From an uncultured virus (IMG/VR IMGVR_UViG_3300036398_003808) (taxonomy: Duplodnaviria > Heunggongvirae > Uroviricota > Caudoviricetes), in the IMG/VR virus record IMGVR_UViG_3300036398_003808: DNA of 64,000 nt. One strand, 5' to 3'. How positions within the stretch are numbered: the first letter of the stretch is position 1; the number at the start of each line of letters is the position of its first letter. The notes below the pieces were generated by a model. That model was not told where the DNA came from. It did no database searches and saw nothing but the letters and a program-made list of their open reading frames with translations. This document shows, piece by piece, positions 51,800 through 61,184 of the stretch. A program made the position numbers and the translations under genes.

Positions 51800-53629
51800 T
51801 TAGTTTACGCCGTGCGGTGACGCCGACGCTTCCTCGTCCTTGTAGACGTGCTGCTCGTGAGCATACGCCTCCGCCTCCTTGATGATGTTCTCCTGCACCG
51901 GCTTCGGCAGCTTGCCGCCGCGACGCAGCATGATGTTGATGAACGTCTGGTATGCCCTCCGGCACGCATCAGGCAGCGCCTCGGTGAAGTCCGCGTAGCG
52001 TTGCAGGCACTCCACGCTGTCGTCCTTTTCCGCCGTGCTGTCGCTCGTGAAGGCATACATGTCCGCCACGATGAGACCCGCCTTGAACCAGTCGCGCTCC
52101 ATGCTGAGATTCAGCGTGGCGACAAAGTTACGGTCGAACGTGATGTGACTGACGCCGTCCGTCCACGCTTTTGTCAGGTCCGTCTGTCCGATGCCAGCGG
52201 AACGGTTTTCCCTGTCTTGGAATCCGTTCACGGAGTAGTCCAGATGGCTCATGACGTTCTCGATGCAGCGAACGAAGTCATCCTCCCGCTGCGTGTATTC
52301 GTCCGGACTGAGGCGGTGGTAATCGCGGTCGTCCACATCCTCGAGCAGAAGCTTGTAGTCCGCCCAGACCAGCATGCCGCGAAAGCGGTCATACGGTTGT
52401 TCGTTGCTCCTCGACGGCAGCACTTCGCAGATCACCTTGATAGCTGCTGCTCCCTGTTCGGCAGGGTCGTCGATATCGTCCGCATGCAGCCACTCCAGGA
52501 CCACTTCGTCCAGGACGACAGCCCGTTTCAGCTGCATCACCTTCTCGGCCTCGTGATCGCCCTTCGGCCCGAAACACAGAGACACGCGACCATCAGCGTC
52601 GCGCAGGATCTTCGGCGTGTCGGACCGGGTGTGGATGAGGTTGTAGAGCTGATGCGGAGACCAGAGCTTCCCGGTGACATCCGGTAGGCAGGCGGTGTCG
52701 TAGAACACACCGTGGGCGACATAGCCGCCGCCGGCGTATTCCTCCACGAAGTTCCGCGCCTCCTGGCGGTTCAGCTTCTTCTTGTTCGAGGCGCTCCTGA
52801 TGCCCTCTTCCTTCAACAGCTGCGCGATCTTTTTCCAGCGCGCGCAGCGGCGTAGCACCTGGTTGCGGGCGAAGTTGACGCTGACTTCCTGCCGAATGAC
52901 GATCACCCCCTCGAGTCCGAATTCCGACAACGGCAGGGACTCGACAAAAACGCCCTGCTGGTAAACGTCCAGCCCGGTGCCGTTGCGGTAGCGGTGTTCG
53001 ACCACTTTCTTCTTGATGTAGGCGAGGTCGTTGACCACGTCCCACTTCAGCGTGGCCGGGTCCGTCGCGACACTCTTGCCGTTGACGACCAGGTTGCGGT
53101 CGGTGTAGCGGCAGAACTTCGTGATCTGGTCCACGGTGTGCTGGATGTCGCGCAGCGACAGCGCATCGTAGAGATCGATCTCGACGATGCATCCGGGCTG
53201 GTCGGGGTGTCCCTCCTCGTAGTCATAATCGAGCCCCCACTTTTCGACGTCGGTGATCATCCTGAAGTTGGCCGAGCGCCAGGTGTTCTTTCCGAACGCG
53301 AACATCTGCCCGCGTCCGATGCGGAACTTGCCGAATACGGTGTCCTTGGCGAAGCCTTCGTCGTCCATGGGGTGCGGGTTGCCGAACTCCTCGAATACGT
53401 CCTTGACGATCTGCCCGGCGAAGCCCCTGCCGTCGTCCGTGATGCGGACCAGCTTGGCCGTGATGGTGACCGCGATGTTCTTCGCGGCCTGGTCAATGGA
53501 GTTCATGACCCCTTCCAGAATGGCTTTGGCTATGGTGCCGGCCTGCGATTTGATGACCTGGAGGACTAGGTTGCTGTGCGCACGCATGGTGCGGCGCTCT
53601 GTTTTGATAGGTGCTGGTGCTGTTGTCAT
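51800..53629 (-). CDS. GHKL (HATPase_c) ATPase domain protein
   Basis: EGVMNSID, DDGRGF, GKFRIG, GCIV motifs. Confidence 0.85.
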   Translation of the reverse strand: MTTAPAPIKTERRTMRAHSNLVLQVIKSQAGTIAKAILEGVMNSIDQAAKNIAVTITAKLVRITDDGRGFAGQIVKDVFEEFGNPHPMDDEGFAKDTVFGKFRIGRGQMFAFGKNTWRSANFRMITDVEKWGLDYDYEEGHPDQPGCIVEIDLYDALSLRDIQHTVDQITKFCRYTDRNLVVNGKSVATDPATLKWDVVNDLAYIKKKVVEHRYRNGTGLDVYQQGVFVESLPLSEFGLEGVIVIRQEVSVNFARNQVLRRCARWKKIAQLLKEEGIRSASNKKKLNRQEARNFVEEYAGGGYVAHGVFYDTACLPDVTGKLWSPHQLYNLIHTRSDTPKILRDADGRVSLCFGPKGDHEAEKVMQLKRAVVLDEVVLEWLHADDIDDPAEQGAAAIKVICEVLPSRSNEQPYDRFRGMLVWADYKLLLEDVDDRDYHRLSPDEYTQREDDFVRCIENVMSHLDYSVNGFQDRENRSAGIGQTDLTKAWTDGVSHITFDRNFVATLNLSMERDWFKAGLIVADMYAFTSDSTAEKDDSVECLQRYADFTEALPDACRRAYQTFINIMLRRGGKLPKPVQENIIKEAEAYAHEQHVYKDEEASASPHGVN

Positions 53630-53680
53630 GTTGTTGTTGTTGTCGTGGTTGCTATTTTCCTCGTTGTAGGCTGTCGGCTG

Positions 53681-53932
53681 TCAGCCTTCGTCTTCTTGTG
53701 CGGCTGTCCGGTCCGCGCAGATCGGGCATTCGCCGTCCCATCCGTCCCCGTTGTCCGCGTAGGGCTCGAAGCAGGTGCGGCAGTAGTCGTCGGGATTGTC
53801 CTGGTAGCGCTGCTCCACCCATTCCGGGTAGTCCAGCTTGGTCTCGCCGGCCTGCGTCTCGTGCAGCCAGTCGGCCACCGGATGTCCCGGGATCTCGTCC
53901 GGCGCGCTCGGCAGTATCCGGGGCGTGCTCAT
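53681..53932 (-). CDS. Small Zn-finger protein
   Basis: CRTC..DGWDGECPICAD. Confidence 0.65.
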   Translation of the reverse strand: MSTPRILPSAPDEIPGHPVADWLHETQAGETKLDYPEWVEQRYQDNPDDYCRTCFEPYADNGDGWDGECPICADRTAAQEDEG

Positions 53933-54342
53933 GGGACGACCAGCGGGCCGTATTTGTCGCTCTGCAGCATCTCCTCCACCGTCTCGCGCAGGGCCGGCAA
54001 CTGTCCGGCTTTTTCCACGGCGTCCAGGTGCGCTCCCTTGCCGTGGCTGGCCGCGACCGCGTGGAACTCCGTGCGCTTGTGATGCTCGTGGTAGACCATG
54101 ACCCACATCTTGTGGAAGTCCATCCCGGTCTGGTCACACAGGACGCCGACGAGACGTTTCACGGACTTGCGCATCTCTTTCATCTCGTCGTCCACCATGG
54201 ACTTCGTCTCCGGGTTGCTGCCGTCCATGGCCTTCGCCAGTTCGGCCGTCGCTGTTTCCAGCTGTGTCATGGCCACCGTCACCGCCTCGCGGGCGGCGGT
54301 GAAGTTCATGAGCAGTTGTTTGGGGGCTGTTGTTTTCTTCAT
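53929..54342 (-). CDS. Hypothetical helical protein
   Basis: 137 aa; overlap chain. Confidence 0.7.
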   Translation of the reverse strand: MKKTTAPKQLLMNFTAAREAVTVAMTQLETATAELAKAMDGSNPETKSMVDDEMKEMRKSVKRLVGVLCDQTGMDFHKMWVMVYHEHHKRTEFHAVAASHGKGAHLDAVEKAGQLPALRETVEEMLQSDKYGPLVVP

Positions 54343-55214
54343 TGGACGATCTCCATCGGTTTGATTTCCTCAGGGACGGGCTGTCCGACGCTTGCGCAGA
54401 TCTCTTTCCCGCTGAAGTTGTTGATGAGCAGGATGGTCAGGTCCCTTTTGTCGGCCCACACCGGCGACTTCATTTTGTCCGTCTCCCTGTCCAGCACCTG
54501 CCATAGACCGAAGTGCTGCCTGTGCCTGCCCGTCATCATGAACCCGTCCGGCGTTTTGACGTTGATCGTCCAGCCCGTGGCGTCCAACGGATCCTTCAGC
54601 CGCGCGAGCAGCGTCTCCAGTTGCTTCAGGACGATGCCGTCCGTCAGCTTCTTGAACGTCGCCGGTCGCTTGATTTTGTGCTCGCCCCATTCGACGAGCA
54701 ATACCCATCCCTCTGTGGCGTCGCCGGACAACTTCCACCCGAAGTTGATACTGCGTTTTCCGTGGGGTCCCTCGACGAGTGTCCACACCGTTATGCGCCC
54801 GTCGAACCCAAACGGCATGTCGACGTCGACCGACCGAGTCTTCGGATGCTTGCTGATGCACTCCGGGAACTTCGCCTTCAGTCCGCAGTTGATCTCCTGC
54901 GCTGCCACCTCTGGCTTGTCCTTCCTGGCTGCGGTCTTCACCCGGACATTCAGGTGCACCCATTCGTCGATGTGTTCGGTGCCGACGAACACGTAGGGCG
55001 ACAGCGCGCGGATCGCTTTGGCGTGCGCGCGCATGCTGTCGATGATTTCCTGTGCGGGTTCATCGTCGCCGGCGCTGCGGCGGTCAGACGCCGTCAGCAG
55101 GATGGTTCCGTCGCTTTCGACTTCTTCACTGTCGATGCCGAGCCGCTTCAGGTAGGCACGCACCTGCTCGGCGACTTTCTGCTGCGTTTTGGTCGGTTTG
55201 ATTTCAGTTTTCAT
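54339..55214 (-). CDS. Hypothetical protein
   Basis: 291 aa; overlap chain. Confidence 0.75.
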   Translation of the reverse strand: MKTEIKPTKTQQKVAEQVRAYLKRLGIDSEEVESDGTILLTASDRRSAGDDEPAQEIIDSMRAHAKAIRALSPYVFVGTEHIDEWVHLNVRVKTAARKDKPEVAAQEINCGLKAKFPECISKHPKTRSVDVDMPFGFDGRITVWTLVEGPHGKRSINFGWKLSGDATEGWVLLVEWGEHKIKRPATFKKLTDGIVLKQLETLLARLKDPLDATGWTINVKTPDGFMMTGRHRQHFGLWQVLDRETDKMKSPVWADKRDLTILLINNFSGKEICASVGQPVPEEIKPMEIVQ

Positions 55215-55215
55215 G

Positions 55216-57315
55216 CTATGCTGCTTCGTAGATAGGCTTTACTTTGTCCCACACGTTGGAGTCCTGCGAATACCACGCCAAGCCGATGGCTCGAGACACG
55301 CCGCGGCTGACGCTGTTTCCGATGGCCCTAATGATCTCGCTCTTGTTGCAGTTTGCCCATGTCATTGAATCGGGAAAACCCATCGCGCGCTGCAGCTCGA
55401 GTGGCGTCAGCATGCGATAGAACAGGTCGATCTTGATCAGCTTCCCGTCCAGTTCGATCACCGGGTAGACCAGGGCGTGCCCGGCCTTGGTGCGCACGGT
55501 CGGCAGCGGCTCGTCGATCGACTTCCCCTCCGAGCCGTTGCTGTAGTAGACGTAGATCCACGGCTTGGCGTCGACCTTGCCCCGGCGCTTCAGCTCCGTC
55601 ACCAGATGGTTGAGGAACGTGGTGGCGCGCGAGGTGTCCACGCCCTTCTCGCTGCACGCGTGAAGGAACCGGTCGGACACCACCTCGAGCTCGACCTCGA
55701 TGCAGGTCTGGTTCGCCTTGGTCACGATTGTGCGGACCGGGGCGTCGACCGGGTAGGTCCCGTCGTTGCCCCTGGCGCCGCCTGTCTGGTCGATGGCGAA
55801 CATGAACGCCTCGGCAATGGCCTGGTTGCAGCCGCCAGCCGTGGAGGTCCGCAGCGGGGAGTCCACGTCCTTGCATACGCCGGTGCCGCGCTGGTTGTCC
55901 AGCGTGGCGATCTCAGGTTGCATCACGTAGTGCCCCTGGGATGCTGTGAGCGCCGTCAGGGGGCTGTCGATGCTCTGGGCGGTGCTCTGGCCCTTCAGCT
56001 GAACGATCGCCGGCTCCACGAGGCCCTCGCCGGTCATCGTGGTGGTCACAGTGCTGACCGGCGAGTCGACGCCCTTCACCCAGTCCTTTTTGCTGCCGGC
56101 ATGGTGCGGGATGATGTAGGCCTCTGACCTCACGACGCCGCCGGCCCCGTGGCTCGTGACCGTGGGCACCGGGTCGTCCACGCTGTGCGTCCTGGGCTCT
56201 TGGCCTGGGGCTTCGCCGAAGTTCGGCGTGATGAATTCCCCTTCGGCCTTCACCAGTCCGCGCTCACCCTTCGCGGTAAACGTCAGCAGCGGCTGGTCCA
56301 CGTCGTGCACACGACGATCACAGTCCGACGCCTTCGGGCTGCCATGAGCCGAGCTGATCAGGAACTCGCGCAGGCCGTATTTCACCAACCCGATGGCCAG
56401 GCGGCGGAACGTATTGTCAGCGAGGTTTTTGTCCCGCGTAAACACGCTCAGGCCTTTAATCGCCCACTGAATGATGCCCCGCGCGGTGCGCCAGTCCATC
56501 GGACGCCCGTGCCCGGTGCCGCGCTCCCCGGCGTAGGGGTCCGGCCAGACGATCTTCTTGCCTGAATCCTTGCGGACGAAGTAGACGAACAGCCTCTGGC
56601 GGATGGTGGGGTCACCGTAGTCAGCGGACTTGAGGACGCGGTAGTCGGACTCGTATCCCAGCGCCTGCATCTCGGCGATCCATGCCTGGAAGTATTCGCC
56701 GCGGCGCTCCTTGTCCGGCGCCTCGTAGGGTTGGTAGCCGGCAGCCTTCATGCGCTTGCCCCAGTCTGTCTCGGTCTCTTTCGCCCGTCGGCGCTCTTTT
56801 CTCGGCAGTTTCACTGGTCTGCCCTTCCGAGCCCACATGAGTTCGTCCACGATTGGCGGACCCGCTTTTTCCGGCCAACGCTTCTGGGTCACAGGGCCCC
56901 ACGAAACGAATTCCCTAACATTTTCCACGATTACGGCTTCAGGTCGCAGATGCTTCACCCAGTCGGTGACCGAGTGCGCGTGGCTGCGGTCCTGCTCGTT
57001 GACGCAGCTGGCCCCGCGCGCGACGCTGAAGAACGTGCATTGCGGCGACGCCCAGAGCAGGCTGCAGTAGGTGCCGACCGGGAACACAGCGGTAGGGTCC
57101 AACGTGAACAGATCCTCCGCCAGATGCCTGTGCTCCGGGTGGTTCTCTTGGTGGATGAGGATCGCCTTATCCCAGTGGTTAACGAACGTGCCGCTCACCT
57201 TGCGTCCCATCAGATCTGTGGCGTCCAGCAGTCCACCTCCGGACCCGCCAGCCCCGCAAAAGAGATCCACCATATTATCCTCTCGCTCATCGAGATACAC
57301 TAGATTGTCGATCAT
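55216..57315 (-). CDS. DNA (cytosine-5)-methyltransferase
   Basis: DLFCGAGG (I), WASPQC (IV), ENVREF (VI), RQRL (VIII), RMLTPLEL..MGFP (IX), IGNSV (X); long variable region with PxxTxT repeats. Confidence 0.95.
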   Translation of the reverse strand: MIDNLVYLDEREDNMVDLFCGAGGSGGGLLDATDLMGRKVSGTFVNHWDKAILIHQENHPEHRHLAEDLFTLDPTAVFPVGTYCSLLWASPQCTFFSVARGASCVNEQDRSHAHSVTDWVKHLRPEAVIVENVREFVSWGPVTQKRWPEKAGPPIVDELMWARKGRPVKLPRKERRRAKETETDWGKRMKAAGYQPYEAPDKERRGEYFQAWIAEMQALGYESDYRVLKSADYGDPTIRQRLFVYFVRKDSGKKIVWPDPYAGERGTGHGRPMDWRTARGIIQWAIKGLSVFTRDKNLADNTFRRLAIGLVKYGLREFLISSAHGSPKASDCDRRVHDVDQPLLTFTAKGERGLVKAEGEFITPNFGEAPGQEPRTHSVDDPVPTVTSHGAGGVVRSEAYIIPHHAGSKKDWVKGVDSPVSTVTTTMTGEGLVEPAIVQLKGQSTAQSIDSPLTALTASQGHYVMQPEIATLDNQRGTGVCKDVDSPLRTSTAGGCNQAIAEAFMFAIDQTGGARGNDGTYPVDAPVRTIVTKANQTCIEVELEVVSDRFLHACSEKGVDTSRATTFLNHLVTELKRRGKVDAKPWIYVYYSNGSEGKSIDEPLPTVRTKAGHALVYPVIELDGKLIKIDLFYRMLTPLELQRAMGFPDSMTWANCNKSEIIRAIGNSVSRGVSRAIGLAWYSQDSNVWDKVKPIYEAA

Positions 57316-57572
57316 TTCGACCTCCTGCGCGCTACTCGCAAGGCTGGCAGGAGTCTGCCGTTCGCAGCACTCCAGCGCTTGCATGTATAATCCATTGCGC
57401 GGTCATGCTGCACGGACTCGGCGTCAGTAGTGCCCGCACAAGGGCAACCTCGGTCGTCCTTGTAGCTGAACGCGGTCGCCGGTTTACCGTCATACGGCTT
57501 CCAGCTGCGACCAGTCCACATGTGAATATCCGTCGCATCCTTCGGCGGTCTGCAGAGCTTTCCTTTCTTCAC
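57312..57572 (-). CDS. Hypothetical protein
   Basis: GTGA and ATGA overlaps at both ends. Confidence 0.5.
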   Translation of the reverse strand: MKKGKLCRPPKDATDIHMWTGRSWKPYDGKPATAFSYKDDRGCPCAGTTDAESVQHDRAMDYTCKRWSAANGRLLPALRVARRRSK

Positions 57573-57841
57573 GGCTTCACCCCCATCCGCCGCAGGTGCA
57601 TCTCCGCGTCCATCTTGGCACGCTCCCAGTCTGCCCACGCGTCTGGGTAGCCGGTCTTGTCGAAGCACTCGTTCGCGTAGTTGACCTCCTCGATGAGGGC
57701 TTTCGACACGGTGATGAGAGCGTCGTGCGAGTCGTCCATGCGTCCGCCGCGGGCCGACCGCAGGGCAGCATCGAACTTGTTCTTCTTGGTGGTCAGCCGG
57801 GTCTTGAGGCGGCGATACTGCGACTGGTCGAAGTCGCTCAT
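57569..57841 (-). CDS. Hypothetical phage protein
   Basis: YRRLKTRLT..GYPDAWADWERA. Confidence 0.7.
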   Translation of the reverse strand: MSDFDQSQYRRLKTRLTTKKNKFDAALRSARGGRMDDSHDALITVSKALIEEVNYANECFDKTGYPDAWADWERAKMDAEMHLRRMGVKP

Positions 57842-58101
57842 ACGGTTGCCCCCAGGCTGCGCATTTGCTGCTCCGCCGTCGCCCGGCCCGTCTCCCAGCG
57901 TTCCAACTTCTCGGACGTCGGGTAGCCGGTCTCGGCGAAGGCCTCCACTGCCCGCCAGAACGTGCGAATGAACTCTCGGGCGGTCCGTATGACGGCACGC
58001 ACGGTCGCCGCGCTCCGGCTGACTGTAGTCTGATGCACAGCTTGGAGGAGCTGCGCGTGCGATGCATTGAGACGGGATTCGATCTGCTTGTGCTTTTTCA
58101 T
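57838..58101 (-). CDS. Hypothetical protein, possible paralogue of 57569..57841
   Basis: Shared FxxTGYP..WE..AE..MR.LG pattern. Confidence 0.65.
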   Translation of the reverse strand: MKKHKQIESRLNASHAQLLQAVHQTTVSRSAATVRAVIRTAREFIRTFWRAVEAFAETGYPTSEKLERWETGRATAEQQMRSLGATV

Positions 58102-58131
58102 GGTTGGTTGGTTGGTTGGTTGGTTAGTTGG
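58102..58131. repeat. (AACC)n microsatellite leader
   Basis: ggtt tandem run immediately upstream of the minus-strand ATG at 58101. Confidence 0.85.
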
Positions 58132-58159
58132 CTTGGTTCCTCTTTGGTATTCATACCGG

Positions 58160-58390
58160 TCACGCGACCTCTTTCACGTAGACATTGGCGTGCTCGGCCG
58201 GGCATTGCACCACGAAGGTCGACGGCACCGCCTGTCTGAACTTCTCGGGCCACACGGACGGCATCCTTACCCACTCGTCCCGCTTCTTCGGCGAGTTAAA
58301 GTGGACTACCTCCGTCCGCATTCCGCCGCTGGTGTAGTAGCAGTCGCTCCCGAAAGGCGACTCGTAGCACCTGATGGCGTAGTATTTCAT
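58160..58390 (-). CDS. Hypothetical protein
   Basis: MKYYAIR start. Confidence 0.6.
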   Translation of the reverse strand: MKYYAIRCYESPFGSDCYYTSGGMRTEVVHFNSPKKRDEWVRMPSVWPEKFRQAVPSTFVVQCPAEHANVYVKEVA

Positions 58391-58394
58391 ACGC

Positions 58395-58982
58395 CTAGTT
58401 TGCTGGGTCCTCTTTGTCCGGATACAGTCCGCGCTTCTCGTCTCGTCGCTGTGTTTCGGCATCCGCCGCGCGCCGGTCTGCCACATCGCGCTCGGCCTCA
58501 GCGCGGTCCGTATAGACGATCCCTCGGCAGTCGCCCTGCGTGGTCATGTAGGCCAGTTCGTTCTGCGCCGCGTCCACGCTTGTGAACGTCTCGATCACGC
58601 CGGTGCCGGCCCACACAACGTAGGCGCTCGGCTCCTCCGGATCTTCGGACAGCACGGTGTCGTAGTATTCGGTGGCATCCCACGCCAGGCCCTCCATGGA
58701 CAGGAGCTTCACACCGTGCCTGCGCAAGATGGTCACAAACTCCTCGTCGTTCTGCGGCTGTGTGAGGAGCAGGTCGCCGATGTTGAGATCCTCTCTGGAC
58801 GCCTCCCAGACCTCCCGCCCGGCTTGGGTGTCGTCGACCCACTCGGTAATCCCGCGCTTGAACATCTCCATCGCGTCCGTGCTGGAGGCAGTCTCATCGT
58901 CGGTCTCCAGGATAAGCACAGCGGCGTTCGTCATGCCTGACGTCCCCTCGTGCCTGGTGAACAGAATCGTGTGCTTCTTCAT
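58395..58982 (-). CDS. Acidic hypothetical protein
   Basis: 195 aa; overlap chain. Confidence 0.7.
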   Translation of the reverse strand: MKKHTILFTRHEGTSGMTNAAVLILETDDETASSTDAMEMFKRGITEWVDDTQAGREVWEASREDLNIGDLLLTQPQNDEEFVTILRRHGVKLLSMEGLAWDATEYYDTVLSEDPEEPSAYVVWAGTGVIETFTSVDAAQNELAYMTTQGDCRGIVYTDRAEAERDVADRRAADAETQRRDEKRGLYPDKEDPAN

Positions 58983-59302
58983 GATTTGTTCGGTTTCGGC
59001 AGCTTCTGCAGCAGCACATCAGACGCCGCCGCGAGCCTTGCCATCTGGCCCATAGTCCTCGCATTGGCGAAGCCCCGGAGAAGTCGCAGCATCTTCGGGA
59101 TCGCCAGGATCAGCTTGATGTTCGCGCGGTCCTCGTTCGTCATGACGCGCTCGTCCATGTTTCCATCCGCCCGCCCGGCCGCCACATGGGCGGCGCACAC
59201 GTCCAGCTTGACGTTACCGATGTCCACGCCGGTCAGATTGCCGTCGTCGTCGCACACCTCGCCAGCCTTCCATGGGAACGGAGTGTGTCCGGAGCGGCTC
59301 AT
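58979..59302 (-). CDS. Hypothetical phage protein
   Basis: HTPFPW..ANIKLILAIPKM pattern. Confidence 0.7.
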   Translation of the reverse strand: MSRSGHTPFPWKAGEVCDDDGNLTGVDIGNVKLDVCAAHVAAGRADGNMDERVMTNEDRANIKLILAIPKMLRLLRGFANARTMGQMARLAAASDVLLQKLPKPNKS

Positions 59303-60411
59303 TTCGAGTCCTCCTCGGCCGGGTGCAGATCCACGGTGATGCGGCCCTGGTCGTCGCACACGTATGCCGTGCGTCCGTCGTCGTGCCGATACCAGTGTTC
59401 GGCGCCCACGCCGGTCGAGGGGCCGTCAGTCGGCGTCCACTCATCCGAGTTGGTGCCCGTTTCCGTGCACAACTTCCGCATGTGCGCGGGCAGACTCTCG
59501 TAGTCGCCCTGCGCGTCGTCATCCTCCTCCTCGTCGCCGATGAACACGACTCGCAGCTCGGCAACGCGGCGGCCCCAAGCTTTGTCTTCCACATACCTTG
59601 CGGTCACTGGGTAGACTCCGTCCCCGAATCCAGTGCGGGCGACCACGCCCGCTCCGGCGTGCCCCTTCGTGTGGTTCAACTGCCCTCCCTGGAGCTTGGG
59701 ATCGTCGGTCGCAGCGCAGCTGCCAGAGTAGGAGAACTCACCCGGGTTTTTGTGGACTGCTGGTATCGCGTAAACGACGCATTCCCCACCCATCTGGTTC
59801 ATCGTCTTGCCATACTTTTCGATCACGATATCGTAGGCGGCGAACCCGATCGCGTCCTTCTGCGGAGCGTCCCCGTGCAGCGTGCAGTAGAGGATGGTGC
59901 CGTCCTTGTGCCGGTAAGCCGGCGCTACCGTTCTCGTTTCCGCATCTGCTTTCTTCCACTGGTTCTCGATGTAGCACGGGTCACAGAGCATGAGCTGCCC
60001 GGAGTCCACGTCTACCTCTCCTAACTCCAGCCACTCCCCGTCCTTCAGTGGCGGTGGTGTGTCGATGATCATCTCGTTGTCGCACTCCTCGCTGCTGACG
60101 AACTCGATGAAGCTCAGCGGCGTCCAGCCTTCGCTCTCGATTCGTTCCAGGTTGTCGTTGACATACTTGGTGTATGCCTGGGTGGCCGTCATGCGCACCG
60201 GCACGACACGCACGGACAGATTGTCCGTGACCCACTCCAGCGTCTGGCTTACGCCATTCGCGTCCAGGTAATGTCCCTGACCGTAGTGACGATGCAGGAA
60301 CCTTGCGGCCGCGCAGACCAGTTCGTCCAGCGTGGGATACGGATACGGGAATAGCGGACGGTTGTCAGGCCCGATGAGTAGGTAGCCCTCCGGCTTCGAT
60401 TGTTTATGCAT
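59299..60411 (-). CDS. Multi-domain hypothetical protein with DUF4241-like module
   Basis: VDSGQLMLCDPCY..TGFGDGVYPV. Confidence 0.7.
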   Translation of the reverse strand: MHKQSKPEGYLLIGPDNRPLFPYPYPTLDELVCAAARFLHRHYGQGHYLDANGVSQTLEWVTDNLSVRVVPVRMTATQAYTKYVNDNLERIESEGWTPLSFIEFVSSEECDNEMIIDTPPPLKDGEWLELGEVDVDSGQLMLCDPCYIENQWKKADAETRTVAPAYRHKDGTILYCTLHGDAPQKDAIGFAAYDIVIEKYGKTMNQMGGECVVYAIPAVHKNPGEFSYSGSCAATDDPKLQGGQLNHTKGHAGAGVVARTGFGDGVYPVTARYVEDKAWGRRVAELRVVFIGDEEEDDDAQGDYESLPAHMRKLCTETGTNSDEWTPTDGPSTGVGAEHWYRHDDGRTAYVCDDQGRITVDLHPAEEDSK

Positions 60412-60414
60412 GTT

Positions 60415-60942
60415 TTATTGGTTGAGTGCATACCGCGGGTGGAAGATGCCTTCCAACTTGCCGGTGTTCCTATTGAGGAAGCTGCGGATCCCGATCATGT
60501 CGTGAGTGAACTCATCGGCGCTGGCTGCCAGCAGCTCCGCCAGCATAAGCGGGCAGCCGTGATTGTGGCAGAGGACGATGTCCGTCACCCACTGCTGCTC
60601 ATCCTCGGTGCACGGCAGAATACTGCGCGTATGTATACCCAGACTCAGCGTATGTATACCCAGACTCATTGCGCGTTGAGCGACGCGTAGGATGAGATAA
60701 CCCTCGTAGGCGCTGGTTCTGAGGTTTAGTTCAGTCTTCTCCCGTATGGGCTCGACGCTTTGGATCAGCGCCTCGTATGTCACGTCCTCCGGAAACTGAT
60801 TGTAGTCAGTGTTCCTGGCCTTCTCCCTGGCCGCGTCCCTTGCCCTTGCTGCCTCTCCGGAGACTTCTCCGTCCATCACGACGTCGAATGTGGCCTCGCG
60901 GATGGAAAGTCGGCGAACGCCGATGTGGTATTTGTGTTTCAT
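60415..60942 (-). CDS. Hypothetical phage protein
   Basis: CHNHGCPL..FTHDMIGI..LNRNTGKL..FHPRY; 21-bp tandem duplication near 60627..60668. Confidence 0.7.
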   Translation of the reverse strand: MKHKYHIGVRRLSIREATFDVVMDGEVSGEAARARDAAREKARNTDYNQFPEDVTYEALIQSVEPIREKTELNLRTSAYEGYLILRVAQRAMSLGIHTLSLGIHTRSILPCTEDEQQWVTDIVLCHNHGCPLMLAELLAASADEFTHDMIGIRSFLNRNTGKLEGIFHPRYALNQ

Positions 60943-61184
60943 GATTCTGTGGTTTCTGCTTTGTGTTGCCACCATCCGCGATACTCCACCCCATCGGGCG
61001 GGTCGGTGTCGTCCATCCGGATGTGATCGTTCAGCTCGCCCTCGCGGTAACCCTGCTTTACCATTTCCGCGATTCTGTTCTGCGCCGTCTCCTCCAGCGC
61101 GTCGCAATGCTTGGTATCGATCGACTGTCCGCCCGGGCGCCACCAGCGAAAGGTGTAGGTGTGCTTTCCAGTGAACTCTTTCAC
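60939..61184 (-). CDS. Hypothetical phage protein
   Basis: RIAEM..GYREGEL..YRGWW. Confidence 0.7.
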   Translation of the reverse strand: MKEFTGKHTYTFRWWRPGGQSIDTKHCDALEETAQNRIAEMVKQGYREGELNDHIRMDDTDPPDGVEYRGWWQHKAETTES

